A DNA stretch of 64,000 nt from Candidatus Rokubacteria bacterium CSP1-6 (GTDB lineage Bacteria; Methylomirabilota; Methylomirabilia; Rokubacteriales; CSP1-6), in NCBI GenBank assembly GCA_001443385.1, contig LDXP01000001.1, forward strand, positions 5,285 to 69,284, in the 5' to 3' direction. The notes beneath the pieces were generated by a model. It was not told the origin of the DNA and ran no database searches. It was given only the letters and a program-made list of their open reading frames with translations. Position numbers and translations under genes: made by a program. Of this stretch, positions 63,315 through 64,000 are shown one piece after another (the stretch's first letter is position 1; every line of letters starts with the position of its first letter).

Positions 63315-63866
63315 ATGAGCCGAGGATCGTGGACGTTCGTCCGCTCCACCCCGATTCACTCGCGCGGGAAGCTGACGCTCAGGGAGGATGTCTGGCGCCT
63401 CCCCACCGGGCGCGAGGAAACCTATCCGGTGCTGGCGGTGGGGGTGACCGTCGGCGTGGTTCCGTTCGTGGACCCCGAGCACATCGTGCTGGTGCGGCAG
63501 TTCCGCCACCTGACGCGGGACGACTCGTGGGAGCTGCCGGGCGGCGGGGCGCTGGCGGGCGAATCGCCCGAGGAGGCGGCCCAGCGCGAGCTCAGGGAGG
63601 AGGGCGGCTATCGGGCCGGCCGCCTTACCTTCCTCTGCCGGTTCTTCCCCTCCAGCGCCTACCTCGACGAGATCGCGTACTGCTACATCGGCGAGCAGCT
63701 CGTGGCGGACGCGCTCCCGTCCGACGACGATGAGTTCTTCGAGCGCCGCGTGGTGCCGTTCGAGGAAGCGCTGGCGATGGCGCTGGACGACCGGGTCACC
63801 GAGTCCGTCTCGAAGATGGCGATCCTCGCCGCCGGCCTCCGGCGGGGAGGCAGAGGCCGCGCGTGA
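63315..63866 (+). CDS. NUDIX hydrolase (ADP-ribose pyrophosphatase-like)
   Basis: Nudix box GGALAGESPEEAAQRELREEGG. ATG preceded by AGGAGGA. Confidence 0.85.
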   Translation: MSRGSWTFVRSTPIHSRGKLTLREDVWRLPTGREETYPVLAVGVTVGVVPFVDPEHIVLVRQFRHLTRDDSWELPGGGALAGESPEEAAQRELREEGGYRAGRLTFLCRFFPSSAYLDEIAYCYIGEQLVADALPSDDDEFFERRVVPFEEALAMALDDRVTESVSKMAILAAGLRRGGRGRA

Positions 63867-64000
63867 GCCTCTAACGGGAACGGGACGGCCGGCGGGTGGC
63901 GCGGCGAGCGGGGAGCCCCGCGGCGCGGAGCGGCGACCCGCCCGCAAGGGGCGGGTGCCCGCGAAGGTGGCTCGCTCCGGAACACTCGTCAGGCCCGGAT

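Overview
The window is 64 kb of very high-GC (~70%) bacterial chromosome. It is densely coding, mostly on the minus strand, with frequent 1- or 4-nt stop/start overlaps (ATGA, GTGA, TGATG) indicating translationally coupled operons. I recognised no rRNA, tRNA, CRISPR array, transposase or integrase.

Layout, 5' to 3' on the + strand:
- 13-13.6 kb: one long minus-strand array. It encodes an AsmA-like protein, an acyl-CoA synthetase, a quinone oxidoreductase, a membrane protein, a thioredoxin-like protein, an exported protein, an M16 peptidase pair split by a HlyD/ABC/ABC-2 (YbhGFSR-like) efflux cassette, and an MFS transporter. A family of GC-rich palindromic intergenic repeats punctuates it.
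- 13.6-16.4 kb: HtrA-like protease and LivHM permeases.
- 16.5-20 kb: a DppABC-type peptide transporter with no ATPase genes.
- 20-26.5 kb: housekeeping genes (UDG, orphan LivG-like ATPase, IlvA, PlsC, DksA-like, malic enzyme).
- 26.6-28.5 kb: an unusual DUF169::uroporphyrinogen-decarboxylase-family fusion.
- 28.6-34.8 kb: an RRM protein, then a multi-GAF histidine kinase / sigma54-activator two-component system with a Cys-rich exported protein and a CheY-like regulator.
- 34.8-39.7 kb: an operon of amidase, a novel N-domain fused to KAS III, and D-aminoacylase.
- 39.8-44.5 kb: a split cobalamin-dependent methionine-synthase-like module. It has an HcyMT::MTHFR fusion, aroK, a MetH activation domain, an Hcy-methyltransferase domain and a corrinoid protein.
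- 44.6-48.1 kb: three tandem paralogous FecR-domain exported proteins with hypervariable C-terminal tails, one carrying a (PAT)n repeat.
- 48.7-51.6 kb: a CHASE2-adenylate cyclase-PilZ protein, divergent from a class II cAMP phosphodiesterase.
- 51.6-60.9 kb: an Fe(III)-type ABC transporter locus interrupted by an MFS gene and a partner-switching module (2x response-regulator-PP2C, RsbW-like kinase, STAS protein).
- 61-64 kb: M28 peptidase, SAM methyltransferase, YHS protein and NUDIX hydrolase.

Coordinate caveats:
- CDS coordinates follow the supplied ORF track, which includes the stop codon. Internal start sites were re-chosen from the protein sequence and local SD motifs.
- Non-CDS coordinates are hand-derived and approximate (+/- 3 nt). 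The printed sequence and the ORF track disagree by single bases at several line boundaries, for example near 3120/3121, 6180/6181 and 6900/6901.
- Many long antisense ORFs typical of high-GC DNA were rejected.
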